64,000 nt of DNA from Raillietiella orientalis (Eukaryota): positions 5,270,001-5,334,000 of the forward strand of contig JAYWIR010000006.1 in assembly GCA_036172245.1 (NCBI GenBank). Reading direction: 5' to 3'. The position numbers and the translations under genes are program-made. Of this stretch, positions 1 through 12,270 are shown one piece after another. The first letter of the stretch is position 1. Every line of letters begins with the position of its first letter. The notes beneath the pieces are model-generated. The model made no database searches and was not told the origin of the DNA. It saw only the letters and a list, made by a program, of their open reading frames with translations.

Positions 1-299
1 GCGCAAAAAAAAACAGAAAGAAAAGAAATTTTCGCCCGTGCAGTAGTTGCCATCGGCCCAGTTTGCCCTCGGTCTCAACTGCGTGCCGAATTAACTCTAC
101 GGCGGGCCGCGGATCCAATCAAAGTCCGACCCGCCCGCCACCATGGTCGCGCGGATGCAGTGGCAGAGGAAATTCGCGGCCCTCCATCCGCGGTAGGCGA
201 CCTGAAGCGGGGGAGAGGGGTCCCCAGGCGTCCTCGGGGGTGATGACGCCGGAGGGCGCGGGACTCGTGTGGCGGCGTGGCGCCACGGGAGAGCCAGGA

Positions 300-1320
300 A
301 TGCGCGAGGCGACTTCATGAACGCTTCTGCTCTGCTACCTGAATCTACACTTCGCGACCGTTCCGTCCCTTCCTGCCTCTCCGGCAGGGAATTCCTCCAG
401 GGCATGTCGGTTGGGCGCAGATTACAAAGTGATCCATGCGGGGAGACTTTCGCCTGAGCGGGCAGTGCCCCCCGTCCGCAGCAGCAACAGGTGCGCAAGA
501 TGGTAGGGGTCTCAAAATGAGCATCCTCGGCAGATGCAGCGGCATCCGGACCGTGGCTGCGAAGGAGCTCCGCGGACTGATGACTCAGGTCGAGAGGGTC
601 CACGGCGAAGCTCTGGGAGCTGACCGGCCGTGTTTCAAATGCTCCTTGCGGGAGGGGGAGTGGTGAAGGGTCAACATGAGCACCATCAAAAGGGCCGCTG
701 GAAGAAGGGCCAGGATGGGAAGCGCCGGTTCATTCACTTGTCCTCCGGGACAAGACCCTCGGCTGCAAGGACTGCAGTCTCAGGGGTCTTCTGGAATGAC
801 GAGACCCCGAGAGAATGGAAAATTTCCGAGGAGCGAGCGGAGGACACTGGGAGAGAAAGAGGTGGCTGCGTCTCCGAGCATGCGGTGTTCTCGGATCGCG
901 CGTTGGAAACACCGCAGGGGGGAAGGGGAGCGCTGCTCGCGACGGAAGATGCCAAGGACACTGAAAGGTGATGGTCCCCTGGGAGACGGACGTCACGTGG
1001 GTCTCGGTGTTCTCCAGCTTGGAACCGCACTGGCCCTTTGCTGCACATCTCCCTCACCCGGGGTCACGCGCTGCGCGGAGGTCAACGCGAGGCGGGGTTA
1101 CCTGTATTCCGCTTACGGAATCCGAGGTCGCAGTTCACGCTTCCCGAGGAGGGCTCGACTCTCCAAGCCCATGCTCCCGGAACCAGGAGGTGCCATCGAG
1201 GCAGCACCCCTTCCCGTGGGCCCCTTCGGGAGGGGGCCCGCTGGGACCCGCGTGAGGCGCAGGGTTTCCGCGGTAGCTAACGAAAATGACTCCCTCCCTC
1301 TACAGTGGTACGGGCCAGGA
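300..1320 (+). mobile_element. Degenerate LINE ORF2 (AP endonuclease to start of RT)
   Basis: Motifs in the expected order across frameshifts: GDFMNA at 308 (cf. GDFNA); SGREFLQ...GETF to ~451 (cf. G..L.....L...N.G..TF); PLTESEV...SPSP at 1109 (cf. PIT..EV..AI...KAPG); LPLQW at 1294 (cf. G.LP..W). Confidence 0.5.
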
Positions 1321-3881
1321 TCCCGGAAACCCGGTTCTTCGCACGCAGACGGTCGGCGCTTGGCCTGGAAATGCCCTCAGGCGATGCATCTCCAGAAATC
1401 CCATGCCCGACGCTCTGCCGGGGTCGCTGAACGTTCTTATCCGCAAAAAGTTCCGTTCGCGGCTCCGGGAGGGGTCGCCCCGAGATTTTCCGCTTCGCGG
1501 GCGGGGCGCCCGTCACCAAGAGGAGGAAGGAACAACCAGGGCGCGCCCTTAACGGCCCCTAGGGAGAAACCGTTGCCCAGGGATGCAACGGGATCGTTTC
1601 CGTAGATCTCTCTGCTTTCGTTTTGGCTCCAGAGGGATCCCTCCGTACCTGTCTGCCCGTCTCCGTGCGCCAACGCCTCTGGCGGACGTCGCGCGAAACC
1701 GCTCTCCGCGCCTGGAAGAGGGCAGCTCGGAGAAGGCGAACCCTGCGCGAATTCCTCCCCTCCCCCCTTCCGTCTTCCTCCGCGGGCGCGACGCCGGAAG
1801 TTCGAATCCCCCACAGGGTCGGGCGGTCGTACGGAAAAATCCTGGTTCGGCACGGCCCGTCCCTCGCCGATCCGAACTGCCTGGCCCTCCGGGCCGGACA
1901 TGGAGCCAGAGCCCTGCCTCCTCCCTAAGGGGAGCTGTGGCCGACCTGCGGGTTCCTCCTGGGGCTTCCGGGAGCGCTGCCGGCTACTGAAAAGGTGCGG
2001 TCTCCCTTCCACGTTTCCATGGTGAATTCGGGTCTTCCACGCGAAGTCTTCTTCCTCCGCCCTTGGGGTTCCCATCGCGCGTACACGCGAATGGGAAGGT
2101 CCCTTCGGGTTCGTGGCGGCGCAGTCTCGTCAGGCGACGCTCTGTGTCGCCATCCCGTCCCCTCTGCCTTATTCTACGGGAGCGTCCGGGAGAGAGCGCT
2201 CCCGTTCCTATCCGTCCGCGGCGATGGCGAGTATGAGGGGTTCGTTTCCATAGAAGTTCCCGAGGATTCGGTGGGAGGAGTCGGCCGGAAGCGCGCCGGT
2301 CGAGCGGAATTGCGGAGGGGCGCACGCGCTATTCCACGGGGGAGGGGCGGCCGCTGCCGGGCAACTGCCGTCTAGCAACCGGTGCTCAGGAAGCGGCTGA
2401 GGCGGGAGGGGGAGGGGAAGAAGCTGACAGGCTGAGAGGACGCGCAGCATCCGCTCGCTGCTCGTGCCGGCGTGTCTCTGCCTCCATCTTTCCCAGATCG
2501 ACGGCCAAACTGGATCGGAACGCGTCGGGAGCGGTCGTCGCCCCTGGCGACGCGGAGCTCGTCGCCAGCCGTTTTCCTGAGGAGGTAAGAAAATGACGCC
2601 GCAGACGGCGCAGGCGCCGCCCGCCGGAAGTCGTCGGAGAGACGGCAGCTGCCTCCAAGGCCGCGCGCGAAGACCACCCTGCGCTCAGCACCCTGTGCGG
2701 GTCGGAGGGCCTTCCGCGGGCAGGCCCGCGAGGTGGTTCTCTGAGCGCGCAAGCCGCGAGGGGGCAAACGCCCCTGTGCGGCGGCAGTGGAGGTGGCCTG
2801 GTGTAACCGCAGCAGCTCTCGCCGCCAGTCGTGAGATCCATCACCCTGGCAACGGGAGGGCGACGGATCGCCCCCGCTCGTCTCGGACCCCTGCCTCTCC
2901 CTGCCCTTCCAGACGGCGCTTCCAGAGCGACCGACCTCCGCCGTCCTCCGCAGCTACCGCGGTGGCTCAAACGGAGCCAGAATCGACGCCAAACGGTTGT
3001 GGGCTGGCCACCGTCGGGATGGCGGTCGCACCTCTGGATCCTCCTCCCTCCGCACCGGGGTCAGGATCGCCGTTTCCGCGAGGAGCAGGAGAGACGCAGA
3101 GGTCGCCGAAGAACGGCCTGTTTCCTGAGCTCGTTTCACGGCTCATTTGCCACGGGCAGGCCGTTCAGGGGTCGCGTGCGCGCGCTCACGTGCGCCGCTC
3201 CCTCGGTCCCGGTTCCTCCCCCGATCGCACACGCCTGGGGGGGTCCGGAGCAGCGGCGTCCGCGTCGTCAGGATTCCGACGTTTCCAGGATCCCCCTTCC
3301 TTCTTCCTTCCGTTCCGTTGCCGGGGCGATACTGCGGCCTGGGAACGGAGCCCCCCCAAATCCGCGACCTTGGGAAGGGCAAAACCGTCCAAGCGCACTA
3401 TCCGCCACATCGGGGTCGAAACGCTTCGGGCTGATTTGCGCGCGATGCGGTCACCATCGAGGCACTCCGGAGAGACATGGAGGGACTCACCAGGCTGTGG
3501 TTCCCGGGCAGGTCCTATCGCGGACAGCCCTGCGAGGAGGGCCGCATCCGCGTTTCTCGGCGCCAGCGCAACCCTACCTTTCCAGACTGGTGGGGAGCCA
3601 GACGTTGCCTTGGCAGCGGAGCGCGAGGGGTAGGAGACCTCCACGGGGTTGTGGCACTGCGGAGCTCCGCCTCGCTGGCTGAAGACCCGCATGCACTTCC
3701 CCTTCTAGAAGACTCGGAGCCCTGCCGGACGCTTCCCAGAATTCCTGCAAACCCCCTTGCAGCCACGGCCACCCCAGTCCTCCCTTCGGCCTTGCATACG
3801 CCCCCGCCGCCCACTCACTCGGAGGACTTTCGCCTGCGCAGCCTATATCCTCAGGTCACGTTTCCCCTCTCAGGCGCCCGT

Positions 3882-4235
3882 GCTCACAGTGATGCTACTG
3901 CTCTCAACGACACCCTTCGCACGCTCATAGACATGCCTATGCTCGTAATGATCCTCTTGAACACAGCGATGCCCTTGCCCATGGCAGCACTCTTCCCTAT
4001 GATGCTGACACTGCTCACCACGATGCTCCACATCATAGCCATGCCATGGCTCACAGTGATGCCCTTGCTCAAGGAGTCACTCTTGCTCACAATGAGGCCG
4101 TTGCTCATGGCGATACTGTTGATGCCTATTCTCATAGCAATTCTCTTGCCCACCACGACGCGCCTCACCACAGTCTGCCGCTGCTTATGATGATTTCCTC
4201 GCTCGTAGCGATGCTCCTTCTCATAATGGTCCTGG
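3882..4235 (+). repeat. Degenerate 18-bp minisatellite, consensus ~GCTCACAGCGATGCCCTT
   Basis: gctcac/gctcat recurs at ~18-nt intervals. One frame reads AHSDAL-AQGVTL-AHNEAV-AHGDTV, with frameshifts. Confidence 0.8.
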
Positions 4236-5689
4236 AATCGTCTCAATCACGGATATGCGTATGCCCGTGGTGATCCTCTTGAGCAAGCGACGTTGCGGCT
4301 CACCTCTGACCTCAGGGAGCCGGCTTGCGGAAGAGGCTCCCTCGGTAGCAGCCGCACCCCAGGTGGTGGAACCGGCGCTTCCGGTCTCCGCGGCGCCGGA
4401 GCCTTTGCAACCCTTCCCCTTGCGAGGGCCGTTCGCCACTTTTCCCGGGGATTCCCACCGTGGAGGGGGGCTCGTGGGAGGCTCGCAGCAGACTTCCGCG
4501 ACCACCCTAGATGGCACCCGGGCGCGCTGCGGGCGATACTTCGAACGACCTTCGGCTGGGACCGCGGAGTCCGCCGCCGCGGCGAAGTCAGGGCGCAGCG
4601 TGAGCCAGGCAGAGAGGCCGAAGGAACGAAAGGGGTGAGGTGGCGAGTCACGCCGAAAGGGGGAGAGGGGGAGGGGATCCTCGGCTCGCCGTTCGTTCGG
4701 CGGATGACGGAGCCTTTTTTGTCCGCCTGATTTTCTTTTCCTTTCTTTTCACCTCTCCCTCTCCTCCTTTTTCTTTTTTCCTCTCTCTCCCTGTCGGCGG
4801 AGAGGAGGAAGGGGGGGGATAGGACAATGCGAGACGCTGCGCGGCTCTGCTGCATTTGCTCAGCATGCGCCCCCGAGGGTGCGTACGGGGCCGCCTCCGG
4901 AGTCGGCGGCTCCGTGGTCTCCGCCTACTTCGAGGCGCCCCTCCCGGCGCGCGGGCGGAGCTGCTCCCGAAAGGGACGCGTGCCGTGAACGCGTCCGTTC
5001 ACACTTTGCGGGAGATGCGTCACTTGACACAGATAGCCAAGAGGTATGTCCGCCGCGACCGCGCGCGCTCCCAGGGCACTTCCTCGCCGGCGGAAGCTTG
5101 GCGTCGACGCGTCACCTGCGCCGGGCCGGGAGATCTGCTGGACCAGAAGCGAGGCGCGGGAAGGGCGCTGTCTCGGTCCGTTTTCGGGGAGGAGGAAGGA
5201 AGAAGGGAACGGCGAGTGGTGGTGCGCTCCCTGCTCAGGAGAGGACCAGGGCCTCGTTTCGAAGGAAGGGGGGGGGGGGGGAGGGGACGAAGAGCCGCGC
5301 CGGAGCGCACCACCGCACTCGCGGTCGTTACGCGGAGTCTCTCGTTTCCCCCTCAGGCGGAGCGTAGTGGACCTCGGGAAAGTCGACGGGAGCGGCGACG
5401 ACGAAGAGGGAGGAAAAACGGCTGGGTGGAGGCCGCTGGCGGGGAATGGAGGAGGAGGATGGGGGGGGGGGGGCGGAGGATAGGGCCGCTCGCGCCCAGC
5501 CTAGCGAGGCGCGAGTGGGTAGTTGCTGGAAAGGGCGCTCGGGCGCCACCTCGCGGGAGCCTGCGGTCGCACCGGGGAGGAGCACCTTCTGGAGAGTGGC
5601 GGCGCTCCCGGGTGCGCGTCCCTCGCGGGCTACGCGCGCGCGCCGCCGTCCGTTCCTCCTCAGCGGTCCATCACGCCACTCCCGGCAAG

Positions 5690-6600
5690 AGATTTATAAC
5701 TGTCAGCTGCGCGTCTTAATCAGCCCACCTGCGACACAGCGCTTCCCGCTTTCCTTTGTTGGGTTCGGGGCGGAGGAGCCGTCGTAGACGCTCCCTGCCG
5801 TCGGCTTCCGGCATGATTACCGCGAGCGCGGTCGAAGCCGGATAATCTGCGTCTTCCTGGCTATTCTGCGAGGATGGAAAAACAGAGGGCGAAAGAAAAG
5901 GAATCGAGCGCGCGTAATTAATGAATAATAAAAAGATGATTTATTTAAAGGAGCCCGGGGTAATTGAAAAAACGCCCTGTCCAATTACCGCGCGCTCTCT
6001 CGCGCCCGCCGGTAGGAGGAGGGCGCTGCGCAGTTCGCCCGTCCTGCGAGAGAGAGCGCGCGCGCGCTCGCAGTTCCCGGAGTCCGGAAGGGTCCTCCGT
6101 CGCAGCCTCCTTTCCCCGAGCGCGCCGCCCGCTCGGATCGCCCCTTAATTGGGATTCGTTTCGCCGGCGTCTGCCCGCGCAAGACGTGCTCCGCCGGGGG
6201 ACGGCTGCGTCAGCGCCTTTTCGCGGGAAAAAAGCCGGATGCTGGGGTCCAATTAACTGGGCGGGCGGCGATCGCTCTTTGTTCCGACCACGGATGCGTT
6301 TTTCCCAGAAGCGCCACGGCCGCGGGTGGACGGAGGGCAGCTCTTCTGCCCGTGCGTGCGTGCGCACGCTCCTCGCGACGTTTTTCGGATTCACCGAGCA
6401 GCAGCAGCAGCAGCAGCAATAGCGGCGCTCGAGGCGCGGCGCGCGATGGACTTTCTTCCCCCCCCCCCCCTTTCGCCTTTTTCCGAACGGATCGCCCGCG
6501 AGTCCACCACACGCATTTCCGAGCAATTTCCGTGTCAGCAGCTTTCCAGTCCACAATTTGGGATGTGGCAATTACCGCGAGGTCTTGTGACGTAACGCGA
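5690..6600. promoter_or_regulatory. Candidate enhancer: cluster of homeodomain-type motifs
   Basis: TTTATAACTGTCA (~5693), TAATTAATG (5915), TGATTTATT (~5937), TAATTG (5961, ~6146), CAATTA (5982, 6250, 6569), in a background where TA is visibly scarce. Confidence 0.35.
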
Positions 6601-7465
6601 GCGGAAGGAGAAACGGGCAGCCCTCCCCCCCCTCTCCCCTCCCTTCCTCGCGACTTCCGCCGCAGCGGCGAGCCACGAGGAAGACGTCCGGGCGCGCGGG
6701 AGTTCTCAGTCGATGTCCCGCGGCTGAGAAAGAGGTCGGCCCCGCTCTCGTTCGACAGGACGACCCGGGATGTCGCGCCGAAGTTTTCCCCGGGCCGGCC
6801 CGTCCGACCCGCCGCGGAGGGGGCCAAGCGGAGGTGGAGGGGAGTCCAGGAGCCGCTGGCGTGGATCCGGGGGCTGCCGACTCTCGCGTGCGCGACTCCG
6901 CGGAAGCGCGCCTCTGAAAGGCAGGGAGGAAAACCGAGGGCGAAGGGAGGTGGCGGAGGCGGCGCCCCACCGAAAACGCAAGGGCGCCCCCAGCAGCATG
7001 CGTGCGTGGGGTCTGGAGCCCTTCCTCTCCCGGAAACGAGCCTGAAGGTTATCCGTTAGAGCGCGCGCTCGTCGCTTGGCCTGGTACTGAAGATGGAGGG
7101 ATGCGGGATCGCCTTTTCCGGACAGACGCAGAAGATGCAGAAGACGCAGCGTCCGAGACCGAGCTGCAGGCTGCGAGCGGCTCATCCGTGTGGAGCGGTG
7201 TCGCGGGCAGCGTCCTCCTTCCGTTCGTGTTTTTTATTTTGGGGTGCGTTTCTCTTAGGGACCTTTGGGGAGGGCATTCTCGCTCTCTCGCAGAATAGCT
7301 CTGGTATGATCCAAGCACCCCATACTTTGAGGGGACTTGTACGCGCACCTGATCGTCCTGGGGTACTCTCTCTGCTTGAGGGGGTCGTTTTCCCTTCCCG
7401 GACCTTCCTGGCCACTGTGGCAGACGCAAACACAAGCGTGAGGTGGCTCCCGGCGTCCCCAGGAA

Positions 7466-7776
7466 GGAAAAAAAAAAAAGAACAAGAAGAGGAACAAGAA
7501 AATAAACAAGAACAAGGAGAGCAAGAAGAGCGAAAAGGACCTCAGTGAGAACAACAACAAAAACAACAACAAAGAACAGCAAGAATAAGAATGAGGAGAA
7601 CAACAAGAACAAAAACAACAAAAGGAACAACAAGAAGAAGAACAAGGAGAAGAACAAAAAGGACAACAGCAAGAACAGCAGCAACAAAAAAAGAAGAGGA
7701 AGAAAAATCCGAGTCTGGAGAGAGTCTGCACGAATCCTGGAGCGCGGGAAAGGTGGGGCATGCGCTTGGCCACCAC

Positions 7777-7813
<37 letters not shown>
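7466..7813 (+). repeat. (AAC/AAG)n low-complexity tract and poly(A) run
   Basis: aacaacaag/aagaacaag repeats from ~7466 to 7705 and an A-run at ~7780-7813. Confidence 0.95.
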
Positions 7814-7816
<3 letters not shown>

Positions 7817-10559
7817 CGCGAGCGCTCAGTGGCAGGAGGACGAGCGGGGGTCAGCAGCGAGGGGAGGAAGGGGCGAAAAGAGGCCGTCGAGAGAGGAGGA
7901 GGCGTTTTGGGGAGCGCGAAACGAAAGGTGGGTCCGCGAGCTCGGGGTGCCATGAATTAATGAAGGCCGCTGTTTACCTTGCTGGAAAACAGGTAGCAGC
8001 TGCAGAGGGGAATCGAATTTAGGGACGTCGATCACGGAAGGAGCATCCAGGATCGCCGCCGTTCCCCACGACGAAGCCAGGAAGAGTAACCGAGGCCAAT
8101 AATTTGTGCTGATCTCTTTTAGGATTCAGATGCCAGCGGAGGGTTACAATCTATCATCTTAGCAGTTAGATTGCTAGGGGTCGCGCGGGATGCGCTCCTC
8201 CTAATTGCCGCTCGGAAGCAAACCGAAAATAATCGTCTCTGGCGCAATGTTTGCGGAGACGCGCGAGCTCCGGCTGGAGCTGTCTGGATGGGGAAGACGG
8301 TCCCGACGCGCGCCCTCCCCTCTCCTGCCTTCCCGCTCTCGCCCTCGCCTGGGCGCGGTTTCGCGCGCGGCGGGGGCTCCCGTCTCCTCTCGCCCTCCGC
8401 GCGTGGGCATCTCCTCCTCGGGAGGGAGGCGCCAGATCCCTGCACCCGGGAGCGCCTCGGTGAGGGCATGCCTCCCTCCTCCTCCTCCTCCTTCCTCTTT
8501 TCTTCCCTTCGGGAGGCAGCGGGACTCCTCGCTCGTCAGGGGCGACCGGAGGCCCGAAGCAATCACCCTGGCGGGCTCGGACTGCGAGTCGCGGGCAGCC
8601 GAATGGTGGCAGCGGTGGATCCTCCCGCTCGAAACAAAAGAGCAACAACACAAAGAAAAACGGGAAGAAGAAGAGCAACAACAAGAAGGATAGCAACAGG
8701 AGCAGGAACAGCAAAAGGGACAATTCGCGGTCCGAGAGGTCGCGCCCCCCTCCAAGCCGGCGTGGCCCATGTTGTGGGTGTCGGACTCACCGACTCACTG
8801 CTCCGTTCGGGAGCGGTATAGGCTGAGACCCGGGAAAGCGCCAGTGACCCTCGGGCGCTCTGGCAAGTGGCCCCTCGATTGCCGGCCCCGCAGGGAGCCA
8901 TCCGTCGCGGGCGCGAGACGGGGAGTCTCCTGCTCCGGGAAGGAGGCTGCGTTACCTGGCTTCGAGGTTCACTTGTGATCATGACCACCCGGTGGCACCA
9001 TAAGGCGTGAACCGCGCCTTTCCCTTTCCCTCCTGCGGGTCCACCGGCTGCGCGCGTGCAAGCGTCCGGGGCAGGGAGGGAGCCCCGACTACGTCCGTCC
9101 ACGTCTCGCCCTTCCCCGCTCCCACGGCGGGCCCTCGCTGCCTCCGCCTCCCTCCAGAAGATGCGCGCGCACCGCGGGAATCCGGCACGCCGGCCGCTTC
9201 AGGCGGGCTCCGTGACCAGAAGACGCGAAGGGGCAAAGGGCAGCTCCAGACTTCCTCCGGACATGGCCGTAGCAGGAAAAAAAACAACAACAGCAACAAC
9301 AACAAAAAAAAAACACCTTGTGGCAAACGGGGGGAGCGCGGAATTTTCCCCCTTGCACCGCGCGCGGCTCCCCTCCCTCCGCCCCTTGCCTCCCAGGAGG
9401 GAGTGCCCTGAGCCCTTCGGGAGCGCGCGCCCGCCGCCGCGCCCCACGGATCCAAGGAGGATCGCAGAGCTGCCGCTCCACTTCCTACGGAACGCCGGAC
9501 ACTTATCGCCACGCAATTAGTCTTTCTCGATGCCCAGCATCGCACCCCTTGCCCAATTTTCTGCGGAGCACGCGGACCTCTGGCGCTGACGGTCCGTCGA
9601 GCGTTCGCGCACGCCGTTTTCCTTTTTTCCCTCTTTCGTTCGGAAAACTGAAAAAATTCGAAAACCGTCGCTGCGCTCGCCCGGCAATTAAGGCGCCGGA
9701 AGAAGCCGCCGCCGCCGCCTTTACGGCTGCAATTAACGAAGCAAAAATAAATCTCGGAATCGGAGAGTCCGAGGTTTCGGATGCGGAGATGCAGTACCCC
9801 CCCACAGCCCCCTCTCCCTGCCGTCCCCGCAGCGTTTCCATTTTGATTTTATTTTCCTTTATCCTTTCCAGGAACCGCTGGGCTTTGAAAGCCCGGCCTC
9901 CGCGCCAGGGGAAGGAAACAGCCGCCGCTGAAGCAAGACCGAGCGCAGGGAGAGCCGTCCGGCGAGAGCCCAGAATCCGTTGGCCTGGGGGAAGAAGAGG
10001 TCGCCCGAAGGAACCCGAGGTGCGTGGATGCAGGTGCTGCCAAGTGCGCGGCTTCCCGCGCCCGGCCCTTCCTCCGCGCCTGCCTGCCCTGAACGCTCGG
10101 TTTCCACCCCGCCATGCAAAGTGCCCGTGGCTGGCTCGGCAATCAAGGGTGGACCGCCTTGCTGAATCGCTCCCAGGGGTCCCCCCCTCTCTCTTCTGAA
10201 TACGCCCAACTGCAACCGCCGTCCTCGGGAACCCGCGATGACATGCGGGAGGGCGAAAATCACCTCCGCGTACCCGGATAATGACGCGGCTTCCGGAAAA
10301 GAAGCGGACCCGATTCCGGAGTTCGCCGCGTGCATTCCGTGGGATTTCCGGTGCCAGCAGGCGCGTTCGGGAAGGTGCTCGAGGACGCGGGTTCCAGGGA
10401 AGCGCGGAAGTCCGTCCGAGACCGCGTTCGCCCGCAGCCCCCTTCTTCCTTGGTCCCTCCCCCGCCTGGGCACGTCTTCGCCGCGCCTTCCGCCGTCACC
10501 CCTAACGCGCCGCCGGGAAGCGTCCCTGGGAAGGAAATCAATCAAACGCCGGTAGGGCC

Positions 10560-12270
10560 GTTAGCAGGAACATCTTTTAATTCTTAAAATAAGATGCGGA
10601 TAAAGACGTCGCCTTTTACGGTGACCTTTTCCACTGTTAAATGAGGTAATCTGTGGGAACCACCTTGTGACATAATCTTCGCAGGCGATCTTGAGCCTCG
10701 TGATTATTGGACATCTAAGCGCGTTTTGGTCGTATGAAGATTTAATGATTGAACGCCTCAAGTCCTTGGTTTCGTGTGCCCAGTTGTGAAACCAGTCTCA
10801 ATGACGATGACGGTATGAAGGAACGCAAGCACTCCAGTCCACGGTATGCGTCACCCGCCTTGGCCCGCGCCGCGCGTTCCCCAAATGATGGCCCCCCGTG
10901 GCAGCCGGAAGGGTGGTCTCCCAATTGGGACTCTCGGCTGCCCCCCAACTCGCACACAGCGGCGCACACTCTTCTCCATCGCAATGCGAGGTGCCATTTT
11001 CTTGTGTTCAGCATTTTCTTCGCACGTGCTCTCCGCCTGCATTGAAAAATATCGCATTGCCGGCATATCGTCCACATGCATACACATATATACACAATGC
11101 AAAATAACATCCCACAGATTACCTCCTAAATAATGCAAGATGTATATAAAAACCGTGGTCCCCCCCCCCACACACACACACACGTGTGTGTGTGTATTTT
11201 TTTTTCCAGAAAACGCTCGAAATCGGACAATCTACTGGAATGCAATGTTCTCAATTCAATGCAGGCGAAAAGCACATGAGAAGAATGTATATATACATTA
11301 AACTGAGGATTAAAAGAAAACCATATATATAAACCGCAGTCATATTTTCATTTTCACTTCTCAATTTACATATATATATATAAACTTACTTAATTTATAT
11401 TTGTATTATATGTGAACGTATGTGTATTTGTATGCATACACAATATATTTTTGTATGAGGGTTTTCTTTTGCACAAGACTTGGCAATTCACCGCCACTCC
11501 CAGAAGGCGCAGCAACTTCGTTACCACATTCATTTTCGCATTATTTTGCTAAATCATTAAGGTGGCGATGAACCTTTTTCGTCATTACAGATGATTAGCT
11601 GTAATTCAAAATGGGGACTGAATTGATTTGTTCCTTGGAGAGTTTCATCATTGTTACTTTTATTGGTATTAATACAGAGTAATGATACGCCCCTTTCGGT
11701 TCGAGCGCGGGCCTCGAGATATGCCGCGATGGCTGCTGTTGGGGTTTCCAGCGTTCACACATAGGAAGAGAGGAGAGAGACGGGGAAAAGAAAGAAAGAA
11801 AGAAAAAAAGAAAAAAAATTTAAATCCACATCGTATCAGTTACAAATTTATGGTGCAAAGCAGGCAGAATATGCCGTGCTGTCTTTTCAACACGATCCGT
11901 TGAACGAAATACCTGATTTGCCACGGGGATTGCAAAAGCGAACTTAGAGAAGAGAAAAAAAAACAAAAAAAAAAACAAAAACGCCTTCATCTCTCAACAC
12001 ACCAGGAAGCACACACTTTAGTTTTAATACCCATAATGATGAGAACAACAAACAGCTGATGACTTCGCACAAACCCATTGAACGGCAAGAAAGGGAGCAC
12101 GGATGTGGAGTCGAGTGCTACGGAATTTTTGGGGTTGGGGAAAGCAAGTTGGGACTTTCTTCTTTTTGGAAGAAAAAAAAAAGTGAGGTCGTCGAATCAC
12201 ACGATCAGCATTCTAACTCACCCATTCAAAGACCGAAAGACAGAACATAAATGTGCATAATTATGTGTAA
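10560..12270. other. AT-rich island with inverted repeats and simple repeats
   Basis: Mostly AT-rich, most strongly at 11080-11700, against GC-rich flanks. Contains (TA)n, a (CA)n(TG)n palindrome at ~11170-11195 and two inverted-repeat pairs. Confidence 0.85.
11011..11287. repeat. Imperfect ~63-bp inverted repeat (MITE- or hairpin-like)
   Basis: Reverse complement of 11011-11073 (ggacgatatgccggcaatgcgatatttttcaatgcaggcggagagcacgtgcgaagaaaatgc) aligns to 11225-11287 (ggacaatctactggaatgcaatgttctcaattcaatgcaggcgaaaagcacatgagaagaatg). Confidence 0.85.

Noticed and set aside
7049..8022. Hydrophobic or K/N-rich ORFs
   Set aside because: Translations of the AAC/AAG microsatellite and the poly(A) run.
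10594..10850. + frame interrupted only by TGA codons (alternative genetic code?)
   Set aside because: Short, no recognisable protein, and no other sign of TGA reassignment. Likely chance.
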